DNA of 62,001 bases, counting the filler, from Sphacelaria rigidula (Eukaryota), in the NCBI GenBank assembly GCA_964200075.2. It is 7 parts of 7 records of this genome, joined end to end, with 100 filler letters (N's around TTAATTAATTAA, not from the genome) between each part and the next. Parts side by side here need not be neighbours in the genome. Positions count along the whole stretch, not along the records: positions 17,746 to 26,517 come from CAXNAA020010142.1; positions 26,618 to 35,388 come from CAXNAA020010143.1; positions 35,489 to 44,259 come from CAXNAA020010144.1; 4 more parts are not named here. One strand, given 5' to 3'. Under the pieces are notes generated by a model that saw only the letters and a list, made by a program, of their open reading frames with translations, ran no database searches and was not told the origin of the DNA. Position 1 is the stretch's first letter. Each line of letters starts with the position of its first letter. The position numbers were made by a program, and so were the translations under genes. Below, one piece after another: positions 23,101-35,800 of the stretch.

Positions 23101-25699
23101 CCTGAGGATCCACTGCCAGGCCTGCGGGGGATCCCTGGAGCCCATACCGGTGGTCGAGGCACCTTGTGTAAAACTCAAAATCTTGGTCGGCGGTACTCAG
23201 TGGGGCCATATGCGAACGATTGGTGCAAAGGCATTGCGCACCCGGACGAGGTGCATAGGTCAAGGGCAATTATTCGCGGTGCACTTCATCATCCACCCAG
23301 GAGGTCATCTGCAGAGGATTTTGACACATGGCTCGTGACGACGACCGAAACTGAACAGTGACTAGCTGTCTTGTTGCCTATATCCGTGGGTATTTGTGCC
23401 GACGAGGGCAGACGCTAATCAACCGACCTTGGAATGCATGAAAAATGCTGCTCCTTTAATATATCTTTGTGGATAGGGTGTGCGCCGCCGTTATGAGTCT
23501 CAGGAGTGGGAGTGACAGTACTTGTCCCCTCAAGAGACAGTAGGTACCGTTGGTTGACTCGAGGTCTGAAGGTGGCCTGCTGCGACGCCCTACCATCCGC
23601 GTCAAGTATTCCATTCTTCAGCATCTGTCAGTTTCTTTCTCAAGCGTTGCGAAGAAGCGATTCGTTTACGAAGCCGGTTTAGTGATGTTAGATGACTGGC
23701 TTGCAGTCTATACCGACGAGGAGGTGAAACTCTTGGCCACTGAATCTTCTTCAAATACGAGAGCGCTTTAACAAAATTCCGTACAGATCCGGGGGTTGCC
23801 TAGACTCCTGCAAAATATGACTCGTTTCGGTACACCAACACAAAAAATACGTGTTCGTGAGATAAAGAATAGAGCGCTGAGTGAGAGTGGCGTTGATCAT
23901 TCGCTCTTACATAGCCATTTACTTTTCCATTCCGTGTGTCCTTTTCTTGCCTTCATCACTGGCGTGTGCTTACAGCTACACGTCGACATCTTATCCGGGG
24001 ATATCAAGGACCTCAGTGGCAAGCTACTATAGAAAGCATATCGGGCCTCGTGGAGGGGCATTTCGGAACTGAAATGATTAATTCACTAGTTGACCGCTTT
24101 TTACTCTCAGTAGTATCTTCTGCTTTCAATTCCCACGCTTGGGTTCGTTTCCGCGCATGTCGTCCATATGAGGCGCTTCATGCAGCCTGAAACCAAACAT
24201 CAGGCGCTGTATGGTAATTTTCTTCGTGACAGTTTTGGGCTGGTTTTGGGGGGGGGAGGGGTATCGTAGAACGTGCCGCTCCACGTATACTATTCGTCAT
24301 CCTTCCTCTTGGATATATCTACCTTGTCACCACGGCTGGGTTCGTGGGGGACCACCTGGCCCGTGAGCAACCAAATGGTATTCCGGTTTTCAGTAGAGGT
24401 GTGCACAGACCTCACCCTTGTCCGAGGACACGACTCAAGCACGGCCTATGCAAGATTGTGGTGCGCTGCCTTTAAATTTTGACTCAGCTCAGTCGCTAAA
24501 CACCATTATGATACAGCTCTGAGTTTCAAGACAAACCATTAATGTACATCCACAGTGAGGACAGACAGACTCACGATGTACCTGATGTCCGGAAATTTGA
24601 CAACCATATGGCACAGCAACCCGAGGAGAAGAGGTCCGAACTCCCGTAGTGTAGCTTCCATTAAAGTCAATTGTTGGCTACTCAATGTGGTCTGAACCGT
24701 ACGTTCGTGTACATCAACCAATATCTTCATCTTTTTTGTTTGACATGCTTGTCCTCACGCACTTTTTCACCGGTTGTGCCAATTCTTTTTGGTTGTTCGA
24801 TTTTCGGTCGATTTGCTATGGTAGTTATTCTTCAAGTACGATATCCACTCAATCGAGTTTTTCATGGACGATAGGTCATCTTCACTCGAGATTTTGAAAG
24901 TCGGTAGGCGTTCGAAGAAGTAGGTCGTACGCGGGACACATTTCCCAATTTCGTCTTGTCGGAAAGATACGGAGTAACCTCCGTTTATCGAGGGGGTGTT
25001 ATTATCCGCACATGGCCCAAAAGGACGGGTTTTCGGCTGGAGCGCAATGAATGTCGAGAAAATCAGAAAATGAAGGTAGAAAAATCTTTACTACAACAAA
25101 CCGGATCATTCGGTCGAGAAAAAATATAAAAAAGCGAGCACCGGGGGCCGTACACTCGTAGGGCCTCCAAAGACCAGTGAACCCGATTCTCGTTTTAAAG
25201 TGCTCGTAGACTATAGATTTTACTCGAAGATTATGTCGGGTTACTTGTGTCTCTCGAGATCCAAAGTTCAGGACCAAACAGAAACCGAATGACAAGTCAT
25301 GGCAACCAACCGAAAATTCTGAAAACATCGCTTGCAGTCAAAAACGCGAAGTTGTTTAAAGCTTGGCCACACAATTATGCACGATATGTTACAGTCAGAT
25401 TGACTTATGATCTGTTATTTTGAGAGTGGCACAACACACCTGTTCCACTAAACATGAAGATGGATGTTGAGTGTCCCATTATATAAAAATTAGTGCATAT
25501 AATAAGGACTCCTGGACGTTTTTCTGGCCAAGCTACCTAGAAACATTCATCTTGCCCACAGCTTCACACCGCTTTTAGGAGGTAGGTCCTGAAATTTTGC
25601 ACAATTTCGCTATGGGTCAGTATGCAACTTTCGAAGGTTGAATTTTTTTCGCACGTCGGAAGAGTCATTACTCGTCGAAACGAGTGCACTCGTGGATGT

Positions 25700-26030
25700 T
25701 TTTTGAAAACACAACGAGCATGACTCGAGTGCTCGCTCTGTTGATTTTTTCCACAACGAGCAATAACTCGAGTGCTCGCCCTATTAACTTTTTCCACCAC
25801 GAGCAATGACTCGAGTGCTCGCCCTATTATATTTCCCCACAATGGGCAATGACTCGAGTGCTCGTCTTATCAACTTTTTCCACAACGAGCAATGGCTCGA
25901 GTGCTTGCCCCATCAGTTGTTTTTCACCATGAGCTACCAAGTCGTTTGCTCGAGTCGTTTATTTTTGCACATGGTATGACTCGTTTGCTCGAGTCATCTA
26001 CTTTTTCATCACGAGCAATGACTCGCGTAC
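25700..26030. repeat. ~42-bp tandem minisatellite
   Basis: ACGAGCAATGACTCGAGTGCTCGCCCTATTAACTTTTTCCAC recurs in about 7-8 degenerate copies. Confidence 0.85.
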
Positions 26031-26517
26031 TTGCGCCTTTTCTGGACAACCCAAGGACTAACAATTAATCACTGAAGTGATGGACGAGTGAGGCGCGAGA
26101 CATCGTGGAAGCTTGGTGAAACAACGGTAGAATATGGTAAGATTGTGACCATTACAAATCGTGCTAACCTCATTGGGACCGGACTTCCCACAATGTCATG
26201 TTTGTGGCACCTTTCCCGACCATCGTGCGTTGCTGGTTCGCCAGCGTCTTTACTCGTAGAAGAGGGGTTGCTCATCGGTTGGCACCAAACGGCACATCTA
26301 TTAAATGTGAATGTAAATGTATTACTCGAGAGATACTCTCCGCCGCTTTTGTAGAACTCTGATCTGTGGGTGTGTGGGTGGGGTGTACTCATGATCATGC
26401 TTGCCATAGCGGTGTGTGGGTGGGGGTGGATAAAATGAAAGCGAGCTTTAACAGGGTTGCCAGGAAAATGAGAACGTATTTTGAAATGAGAATCAACCGC
26501 TCCCCAGGATTGTGTCC

Positions 26518-26617
26518 NNNNNNNNNNNNNNNNNNNNNNNNNNNNNNNNNNNNNNNNNNNNTTAATTAATTAANNNNNNNNNNNNNNNNNNNNNNNNNNN
26601 NNNNNNNNNNNNNNNNN
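26518..26617. other. Artificial contig-join spacer
   Basis: N44-TTAATTAATTAA-N44. Confidence 0.98.
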
Positions 26618-26756
26618 CAGAGGATTCGTTCATGTCTATTCCAGAGGGATGAAACACCTCTAGAGGGTATTTTACCCTCCAGAGGGTCATTTACCCTCCA
26701 GAGGATGAAAATCACGATAGAGGATTTCCAAACAGGAGCCGGATGGCCGCGTGTGC

Positions 26757-26842
26757 CTACAGCTAAATCCCCGCGACAAACACTGCACAGTTTCCCTGAA
26801 CCCTGTAGACGTGCCCCACAGGGTGCTATCTGTCCGCGTGTG
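26757..26842 (+). mobile_element. Isolated right terminus of the CACTA-like element seen at 32946-34536
   Basis: CACTGCACAGTTTCCCTGAACCCTGTAGACGTGCCCCACAGGGTGCTATCTGTCCGCGTGTG is nearly identical to 34475-34536. Confidence 0.75.
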
Positions 26843-27170
26843 ATGCTTCAAATCAAAGTCTTGAGTGAGAACACCCAGCCTTTGGTGCCCATGTACAAGG
26901 ACGATCTACATCTATTAATAGTATCATGCTTCAAAACATACCCGAGACCGGAGAGAGGGCAACATCACTGTACAGACAGCAGCAATGCTAGCGGATCCCA
27001 CGTCCTGATAGTCTGGCTGCTGACAAGGTGCTTATGATAGTGTCCCTCTAGCCACATCAACTCACGTGCACTGGAGCAGAGTTTGCAGGTGACTATTTCG
27101 GCGATTGCCTCACCTGCAGTTCGCCCAGATATTGGGGAGTTTTCCCCAGGGATATCTACTATACTGCGGC

Positions 27171-27440
27171 CGCACCCCGGTGGTGTAATGGTGCGGCTGT
27201 CACCATTAGGGTGGAGAAAACGGGGGTTTGATTCCCGATGCGTTGGATTTTTTCTTCGTAATGCATGGTTTCCACCGTGGAAAGCGTGAGGACGTGAGTA
27301 AACAAAGTGGTCGACTGGGTTTGTGTGACGTAAGTTGACGCGGTGCGGGAGTGCTGACCCAATCCGCGAGATCAAAATGAAAGGCACGTACCGGGGGAGA
27401 GATGGGTTGGTTGATCCCTTGAGACCACGGACTCATCCCG
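27171..27440 (+). mobile_element. tRNA-derived SINE (second family)
   Basis: A-box TGGTGTAATGG (27181) and B-box-like GGTTTGATTCC (27225). No proper cloverleaf. The 3' limit is approximate. Confidence 0.5.
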
Positions 27441-27479
27441 AGAAAGGGGAGGGGTTCAAAGTGTGAGAAAAAAAAAATC

Positions 27480-28310
27480 GTTACTCGTTCATGTTCACGC
27501 TACATTCATCACATAAGAAAAATATTATTCACGTCACGTTAACGTTTGATTTGGAAATTTCATGTTTCGTTCACGTTACGTTCATCACGTAACAAAAACT
27601 AACGTTACCTTACGTTACATGTAACGTAATATGAAACGTTTCATGTAGCGTGTGAGGTCTAGTACAAACACTATATTCGTGAGATGCAGAGTGTAACATC
27701 GGATTCAGAGTGAGACCCGAAACAATTGACTTTCCCGTCGATTTTGATATCGCCATAGTTCGAGGAGTAATGCGCCCAGCTGTCGAAGCTGTGGCTTCAA
27801 TGAAAGCTGTCACCTACACGATTAATTTGACACATCACTTGATCGCAACGACGTAGTTAATCCATTGCAACAAAAGATCCCCTCTTTCAGGAAAAACCGA
27901 TAAGTGCCTGATACACTTTCAGTTCCTAAAATGCCCCTCCAGGCGTAAAAGTGTTTTGTGCGGTATATCACCAATCAGACCGCCAAATTCCTCGAATGGG
28001 GTACTGTACGGTAGCTGCATGCACAGGACGCGTGTGCTTAAGCAAAAAAAAAGTTGCCTCTAAGGAACGCTAGAGCATCCACTCTGAATCCGATATTACG
28101 CTCTGAATCTCACGAATATGATGTTCATAACGTTACGTTGACACGTGTAACGTTCGAATGTAACTTTTCATTCTGTGCATGTCGCGGCTCATTTACCAGA
28201 GTTCAAGACGTTGTATCGTGTCGTGTAACGCGTGACGTCACCGTGTACGTGACGCTCACGGTGGCCCGTCGTATGTTTGATCGTAGGCGCATTATCTGAT
28301 CGTGTAACGT
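27480..28310. mobile_element. Foldback-like element with 40-bp inverted repeats and GTTAC/GTAAC-rich outer arms
   Basis: 27673-27712 and 28080-28119 are inverted copies (37/40 by eye). Confidence 0.6.
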
Positions 28311-28719
28311 TACTTTCTCTACCGTGTATCATTCATTCGTTTTTGACCGTATTATTTCCATGTCTCCTCTTTTCGTTTCAGCTTTTTGTTGCCAACCTTC
28401 AATTTTCAATTTTCGAATGCTCGGACATTCGCACGACAGCACATACTGTACACATAACAGGTCGTGAACATGATTGAACGCCGGCTTGCGCCGTCCTGGC
28501 ATTTCGTAGACATAATATATCAGGTACCCTTGTTGCTAGGTATGCATACATTTATGAAGCCTTTTGGGACCGGGCCCTCAGAACGACCGATGAGACTGGT
28601 GAGGAACGACGTGTCTGGCGTCTGCACGAAAGAGTGGCGTGTTGCTGAAAATCCGCATATGTAACCGCAGGGTTATGAGGAACAAAAGCTTCATCACATC
28701 TATTTTTAGGTGCTGGGTG

Positions 28720-30300
28720 TGCATTAGGTAATAATGTACATCTGACGTAGCAAGCAGTATGGGTCGCGGCAGAAAGCTTCCAACAGGATGCGGCGACTGG
28801 CGGGCCGCCCGTTACCTGCGGCTTTGGATGATATTGTTGTCCCCATCACCTTGCCATACAACCCTTTGTGGTCAGGGTGGACCGCCTTTTCCCTCTTCCT
28901 TGCATGCGGCAAATTCTCTTCGAAGGGTATCAGCGTTGCGGCGCGCATACATACAGTATAGATCGTACAGTACAGTGGAGTGCAGTACGCCTCTCCGACT
29001 GCAGCAGTAGCTGCCGCTACATACTCCCTTGCACGTTCTGGGCAATTCTGAGCTACCGACATCAACTCCTATATGCCGCTTCTTCATCCCGACCCACTAC
29101 ATACATGTCAACTGCACAGTGCAAGTCATTGGCCACGGGGCAGGCGAGACCCAATCACAGTAGTAGCAATTGAATCAGGTGTTCACAGAGATTGGTTATC
29201 TTCTTATACTTTACTGTACGAACCAGAGTCAGTAATTTCCCCACGACCACAAAACTCTCTGGTGAGGACTCACTTGGAACTCAGAGCAACGGTGGCAAGG
29301 CTGATGATACCCTGGGCCCAAGATGAAGTGCTCATGGTAGGGCTAGGGGCGACTGTGTGACTACCTTACGCAGGAATTATATCCGATCGAATCATAATAC
29401 AATAACAAAAGAGCAGAAATCCTCCATCCAACGAAGGTTCCGGGAACACTATCCGTTGTGCACATGATCATTCAATGGGCAGCAGACATCAACCATACTG
29501 TATCTCCCATCGACTATCCGGAACATGAAATACGATCTTTCAACAAACTGATATCCCTCGGCGACTAACCAAGAGTCATACCCAACGTTCATTTACTCCG
29601 ACGTCTGTGTCCAGAACGCTGTGGTACCTTATCTACGCTAGTCCCTTCAAGTACCATAACAATAGCCCACTCTGAAAGGTGAGCATGCAGACGCTCGAAG
29701 AGCTTCGAAGACTCACGTTTCACGATCATCTCCCACATCACGAAAAAGGAAGATGAACACAAAACAAGGGCAAAGAAGAACTGCGGCATCATGGCAAATA
29801 ACGGAGTTCCAGCTTCGGCGCAGGGTCCATGCGGTTGCGCGATCAGCCAAGCTGTGGTACACATAGAGGAGGCGCTTGGCCTGCCAACCACAACCTACAA
29901 GACAAGCATATCACCCGAACGGTCAAATTCAACCCATCAACATGAAATACAAAAAAATACTACACTCCGCCGATAAAATCAGCGCGCTACTCGGATGATC
30001 TCACCACTACCACGCTGGAAGCCCACACAAGCCAGACTATTCCTCAGGCAACGGGAGCTGTATGACCCACAGTCGAACGAACATCAATGGGGAGCGCAAC
30101 ACTCATGATAGCATTTCACGTTTATCGGTTTCGAGGGGCCCGCCAAGGCATAACGATCGAGAAGACATCACTTTCAACATTGAGGAAGTGCATGCAAAAA
30201 CTCATACCGGTGGAAAGACCAACAAGAGAGCTCGCGGTATAAGATCTAGGAGCGGCAGCAGTGGCCGATTGAAGCTCCAGGATCGTGCAGCGATAAACGC
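28720..30300. mobile_element. Possible highly decayed CRE-like non-LTR retroelement fragments
   Basis: Minus strand: GMKKRHI, PERAREYVAAAT, AATLIPFE. Plus strand: NSLVRTHL, IEEALGLP, NGERNTHDSISR. Weak resemblance only. Confidence 0.25.
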
Positions 30301-30309
30301 CGCGTGACG

Positions 30310-30830
30310 CGTACTGAGGAAGCCCGAGGGGATCGGTCATCCGTTTTCGCACACGCCGACAAACAAAAGCCACCGTCGTCATACCCAGACACACGTGGCA
30401 ATTTGCTGAGGAAGCCCTCGAGGTATCGGTCATTTGTTGGCACAAATGTCGAACACACAGCCGGTTACGCAAGTAACATTTACTGACGAAGCCCTTGGGG
30501 AATCCGTCATCTGTTTTCGCAAATGTTCGGTTGAAGAGAAGAGACGGGGTATCTCGGGTCCAACAATTCACGAGGGAGTGAAGGTCGTGGAGATGCAGGA
30601 ACAAAAACCAAAATAATAAAATAAACGACAAAAAGCAAAAACATAGTGGACACCGGCACATGACAATTTGCTGAGAAAGCCCTTGGGGTGTCGGTCACCC
30701 GTTGGCACAACTGTCGAACATGCAGCTGCTTACGTAAGTAACATTTACTGAGGACACCCTTGGGGTATCGGTCATTCGTTTTCGAACATGTTGGGCTGAA
30801 AAGAGGGGACGGGTCGTCTCGGGTCCGACA
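30310..30830. repeat. Imperfect direct duplication (~260-bp period) with TGAGGAAGCCC..GGGG.ATCGGTCA sub-repeats
   Basis: 30395-30560 resembles 30660-30826. Confidence 0.75.
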
Positions 30831-31399
30831 GGCCACTAGAACCGCCTGTGGTGGCGGCTTCCGTGGAGGTCGGAGAGACACAGGACAAAAACAAGAAAAA
30901 CCACAACAATGAACAAGAGAAAAGGGTGGCTGAGACTCTCACAGCTAGCAAGGAGCAAGTGCAGGGAGTGTCTCAGCACAACATGGATGGCAGTGGAGGG
31001 AAAGACTACAACGTGGTCCCAGTTCTCCAGCAATGTCGAGCCAAACGTGGACGGAAGGGTGAAGTTGCGGAATATTCGCAACTCACAACTTGATACGATG
31101 AACACACACACGTCCTCGAGTAGTTCACCCGGTCACCAATTTCAGGTGGGTTGTTGGATGTAAAACCTCGATGAGGGGTCTTCACAAATACCGTACGGCG
31201 GGCTATGACAGTGGGTCGAGCCAACTGTCAAAACGGTACGAAAAATAATAAAAAAAGACACTCGTGCCAATGCGCTTGTATCACCTTGTCTTGGGACACA
31301 AATGTTTTCTAAAAAGGGCACCACAGTTCCAAAAACAGATCAACCCGACCTACGACATGCGACGGCTCCAAAATGACATGGAAACGCGACCAGGGTCAG

Positions 31400-31530
31400 G
31401 TACACATACATACACATACACACATACACACATATCCACATACGCGCACACGCATACACACACATGTGCATATATACACCCAAATACACATACACGCATA
31501 CGCGCACACACACACATACACATACACACA
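31400..31530. repeat. Degenerate (CA)/(TACA) microsatellite
   Basis: Directly visible. Confidence 0.9.
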
Positions 31531-31609
31531 GCAACAAAAAAGGGGGGGGGTTGCGGCCATGGCGTCGAAGCAGCAAGGCGACACGACGGGGAAAATAGGG
31601 CGGAACGCA

Positions 31610-32945
31610 TCAAAACTCTTCTTCCCTCCACGAATTGTCGGTATTCCGGAGAGTGGCGTCGTCTATGTTGCCGTCATCATGACGCTGGAGACACCAGGAC
31701 CCGCGCCGAGCGGACAACGCTTCAGTGTAGTAAGCATCGTCCAAAATAAGCTTCAGGGGACCGGGGTCATCGAGGAAGCGGATGTAGTAGGTCGGAGTCG
31801 GGTGCTGGTAAGTGAATCTTGCCCAGCCACCAGAAGGAGTCCTGCACCCACCCTTCGGTACACGTTTCCTGCGAAAAGAAAGCAAGTATTGCGCACGCGA
31901 AACGAGGCTATAGCCAGCCATGACGACCCGGGCCGAATGCTCCCGGGCCAGCTCCCGTGCCTTCCCGCACAGGCCTGTATCTTCGGTTCAGCGTACGGTG
32001 TTGCGCAACATCGCCTAACCAGTACAACAAAATTTGTCTACGGAAATGCCTCAAGTCGACTTCCCGTTCCCACGTGACCCGCATCAATCCTTTCCAGTGT
32101 GTCTGATACATCACTGCTATTGTACCACCACGACCGCGGACCAGTTGGTGTCCGCTGATATGATCGACTACCACGCGTTCCACGGGGGCGTGAACGTCTT
32201 CAGCCGTGACATGAAAAGGCGGCGACTTGGTGTCGTGCCTCGTCAATACGTACTGGCTGAGTACTAACAGCAACTGTCTGGGCATATCAGTGGTGTCGTG
32301 CGGGGCGGTGCAAGGTTTACAGCGCCAGACAGACACGCGGTTTTTCTGCGGAGGCCCAGCTTCATCCGTGGTGAAATCGAGGGACAAAAGGTTTTCCCCG
32401 ATGGGTCGATCATCCCGTGCTGTAGCACTTGGCCCAACGCCCAAACTTTTCCGCGGCCCGGTTCAATTGAGGGCCAGCTTCGCCGTCAACACCTTATCCG
32501 GCGAATCCTTACTCGCGCTGGCTCCTTGGCGAATCGTCTGTACATCTTTGTACACCCACGCCCATGCACCTACCTTCCACACTGGGCGCTTATGCATCAC
32601 AGCATCCAACGTGGCATTGGCACTACTCGCTTTTGCCAAATTGATTTGGTTTTGCTCGCTCACCAAATCACATGTCAACCGCAGACGGTGACTCACAAGG
32701 TCATGATACTCCCATATATTCCGGTCCAAACTCTTATTATCGCCAAAGTTGCGGGGTTTGAATATGGTCATCGGCAGCCTCGGCATGCGACCAATATAAT
32801 ATCTATTGGTGCAAGGTCGATGGCGGTGTGGACCGAGTTGTTGTCGTTCAGTTGTACGAAGGGCACATGCAGATCCTAGTCTGTTTGCCGTTCGTTTGTG
32901 ACGGCTGACAGCATTTGCACCATCGTATGGTCGACACGTTCCGTT
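31610..32945 (-). mobile_element. Ty3/Gypsy integrase C-terminal half, chromodomain and C-terminal extension (decayed)
   Basis: TERVDHTMVQMLS; IGRMPRLPMTIF; KLALN*TGP (GPY/F-like); VDHISGHQLVRGRGGTIAVMYQTHWKGLMRVTWERE (chromodomain). Confidence 0.88.
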
Positions 32946-34536
32946 CATACGTGGGCAAAGAGCACCCTGTAGGACGAGCTGCACAGGGTTCTCCACAGTC
33001 TGTGTGAAAATCCCTGTGTAGCATTTGCAAACCCTAGTACCTGTAATAGCATTTTGCATAGCGTTTTTGTCGAAAGCCTGCAAGCCACCCTGTGGAGAGG
33101 CCTTCCCAATTTGGAAAATTCCAAATTATTTTGGTACAAGATCTGTAAATTTATTTTTTTGGAATAGCTTCTCCTGCTGTCCGAGATAATTTCCCTTTCA
33201 AAGGAATTTGTCTCGGACAACACGAGAAGCTATTCATAACAGATCCTTTTTTCGCCCAATTTATTTGGACAAAAAAAGGATATATTTCGAACAGCAGAAG
33301 AAGCTGTTTGAAATAGATATTTTTTTCGCCCGATATAAATGGGCGAAGAAAGGATAAAGTTCGAACAGCTTCTTCTGCTGCGCAAATCCCATGCTCACTG
33401 GCAGATTTGGAATTCGAACAGCAGAAGAAGCTCGAAATAAATGTTAACTTTGCCCTCCAATTCATCCGGAAATTGGTCAAAAAGAGATTTATTGTGAACA
33501 GCGTCAGCTGGGCATATCCCGCATACTGCACCGTTATCAGCATATGGGATCCGACAAGCAGAAATAATTATTGAAAGTAATTCATCCTTTTGCCCCCCGG
33601 TCCATGCACATGGGCTAAAGGATGAACAATTCTCAACAGCTTTCGCCGAATGGAGATCCGACACATTGATTACGATCGAGTGTATGTCCACACGCCTACG
33701 AGTGATACGACGCTTCCGCTTAAGCCGTGGATATTGGGGTGACGGTATATTCCTCGCATATCACTGCACATTGCTTTTGAAAACCCCGTGGTCCGCAGTC
33801 TACCAAAACCACTCAACGGAGTGACTGCTGTCGAGATAGCCCCCCCTCCAAAACCGGCCAAAAACGTGCATGGAGGCGATGATCCTAACTGCCGTTAAAG
33901 CTGGTTTCGTGCTACACGACGCGACTGATTTGGGCGTTAAAGCTGATTTCGGACTGCTACACGCCTCTCATGTGGGCGAAATTTCTGCAAACGAGCCCAA
34001 TCGTGGGATCGCAGCCGGTTCGTTGCATGGTGCCGGTGCACTTTTTGTGGGGGGGCTATCTCGGCATTAGTCGAGTATGATTTTGTTCAGAGAGTTTTGT
34101 TCTGATAGTTATTAGAAGCACAAAATAATTTCGTAGCAAACAACAAATCGGGTAGGTCAATGGGCAACCTGACGAACTCTCGAGCGCACAATCGTGAGGT
34201 CAATTCTTACCCCTGCCGCTTCTCGACCGTTTTTCTCTGCCAGTCTCATGCCCATGCCGTATGGAGTACATTGTATGTGTGCTATAAAGGCTGCACAGCA
34301 CATTAACAGCGATGAATTCTACACGGAGTGACGAAACCCTGTGAAGCGCCCTGTGTGGCACAAACTAATACCCTACAGTCAAATCCCCGCAAAAAACCCT
34401 GCACAGTTTCCCTGAACCCTGTGAAGCGTCCTGTGGGGCGCAAAAACAAACTACAGCCAGATTCCCGCGATAAACACTGCACAGTTTCCCTGAACTCTGT
34501 AGACGTGCCCCACAGGGTGCTATTTGTCCACGTGTG
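32946..34536. mobile_element. Non-autonomous CACTA/CMC-like TIR DNA transposon (1591 bp) inserted in a Gypsy integrase
   Basis: 25-bp TIR CAYACGTGGRCAAAKAGCACCCTGT at both ends; 2-bp TSD TT (32944-45 and 34537-38); CCCTGT-containing subterminal repeats. No recognisable transposase. Confidence 0.82.
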
Positions 34537-35200
34537 TTCCATCGTTCGTTTGGGGGTGGTATGGTCTTTCAAAGTTGCGATTGAAACCCAGTGGTGTACT
34601 GACCGCAGCAGAGAATTTTCCGGAAAAATGTTTGCCGTCGACGGACAACAACTGCCGGGGGTTCGGCATGCTTGACGGAGTGACAACTGAATCGATCAGT
34701 CATCCACAAAATTTACTTGTTGCTACTCTTCATGAGCGGCAACGGTCCGAAATAGTTCCAAGATGTAACTTCACCGGGTCCATTAGGGAGTGGCGTGGAC
34801 ATGATTGGACAACGCCCAGTCTGGGGAGATGTTTTGCGCGCCCGACAAATCAAACAACGACGTACCCACCAGCGGACAAAATGATCGATACCTACCCACC
34901 AGTAGAATCGCTCGTAGAACTAGATCGTCCGTTTTGTTACCATATCGGTCGAAATGTTGGAATGGCACTCGTGCAGAACCCATGGTCGCAGCAGCATCGG
35001 CACGTACGTGTAAAGCGGTTTTTTGACCCAGTAGTCGAACATATCTACCGGTTGGACGGTCTGACTGAGGTGTCTGCGTGGGTGTGTTGATCAAAGTACA
35101 ATGCCGCCATCATCCATGTGCAGTTTGCTTGTGCGGCGAGTTTAACAACTTTATCCTGTATGGGTGCCCGGCCCCGTCCGACGGCTCGAGGATATCCGCA
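34537..35200 (-). mobile_element. Ty3/Gypsy integrase N-terminal half (decayed)
   Basis: YVPMLLRPWVLHECHS...RFYWWVG...VRRCLIC (zinc finger); YFGPLP; TDRFS; PRQLLSVDGKHF; PYHPQTNDG. Not called in the ORF track. Confidence 0.88.
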
Positions 35201-35388
35201 GAGGGGAATGGAAGTGGGCAATTTTGCAACAGGTGAAGTATTGTGAAGTATTGCTCCGCGGCACGTAGGCCTGGCTATATAACTGTTCTCGTGAAAAAAA
35301 ACGTAATCTTTCTTCTCGTTTACTTTTGTTCTACTAGAAATGAGATCGCGTACTTATACAACAAAAACAAATGGGGGGGGGGGGGGGG

Positions 35389-35488
35389 NNNNNNNNNNNN
35401 NNNNNNNNNNNNNNNNNNNNNNNNNNNNNNNNTTAATTAATTAANNNNNNNNNNNNNNNNNNNNNNNNNNNNNNNNNNNNNNNNNNNN
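35389..35488. other. Artificial contig-join spacer
   Basis: N44-TTAATTAATTAA-N44. Confidence 0.98.
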
Positions 35489-35564
35489 CTGAACCAGACA
35501 AAATTTCGCGAAAAGAGTGCACCCCTACCGTAGCATTGCTCGGTTGGCACAATCACAAGTACCG

Positions 35565-35800
35565 CTACCCCTCACCCTAACCTCAACCAAACGCATACCG
35601 AGGATCCTCGGGCAAGGGCGGTGCATACATTCATTCCCGAGGCAAAGTGCGGTCTTAATAGACCCCAAATCGGCGCCTGTGGAGCTGATTTAAACGAAAA
35701 CGCGTTCTGCGCATGCGAGGAGCACATGGGACTGTCAGCCCCACATGGCTCTTGCACTAGGTGACTGCGAGCCTGATCCGATGAAAACCGGGTGTGCTCC
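35565..35800 (+). repeat. Dispersed repeat with telomere-like stretch
   Basis: CCCTCACCCTAACCTCAACCAAACGCATACCGAGG...CCCAAATCGGCG. Confidence 0.6.

Noticed and set aside
25700..26030. CRISPR-like array
   Set aside because: The inter-core segments are homologous to each other, so this is a tandem minisatellite.
31373..32879. Plus-strand ORFs of 234, 154 and 193 aa
   Set aside because: Antisense shadows of the Gypsy integrase, plus a CA microsatellite.
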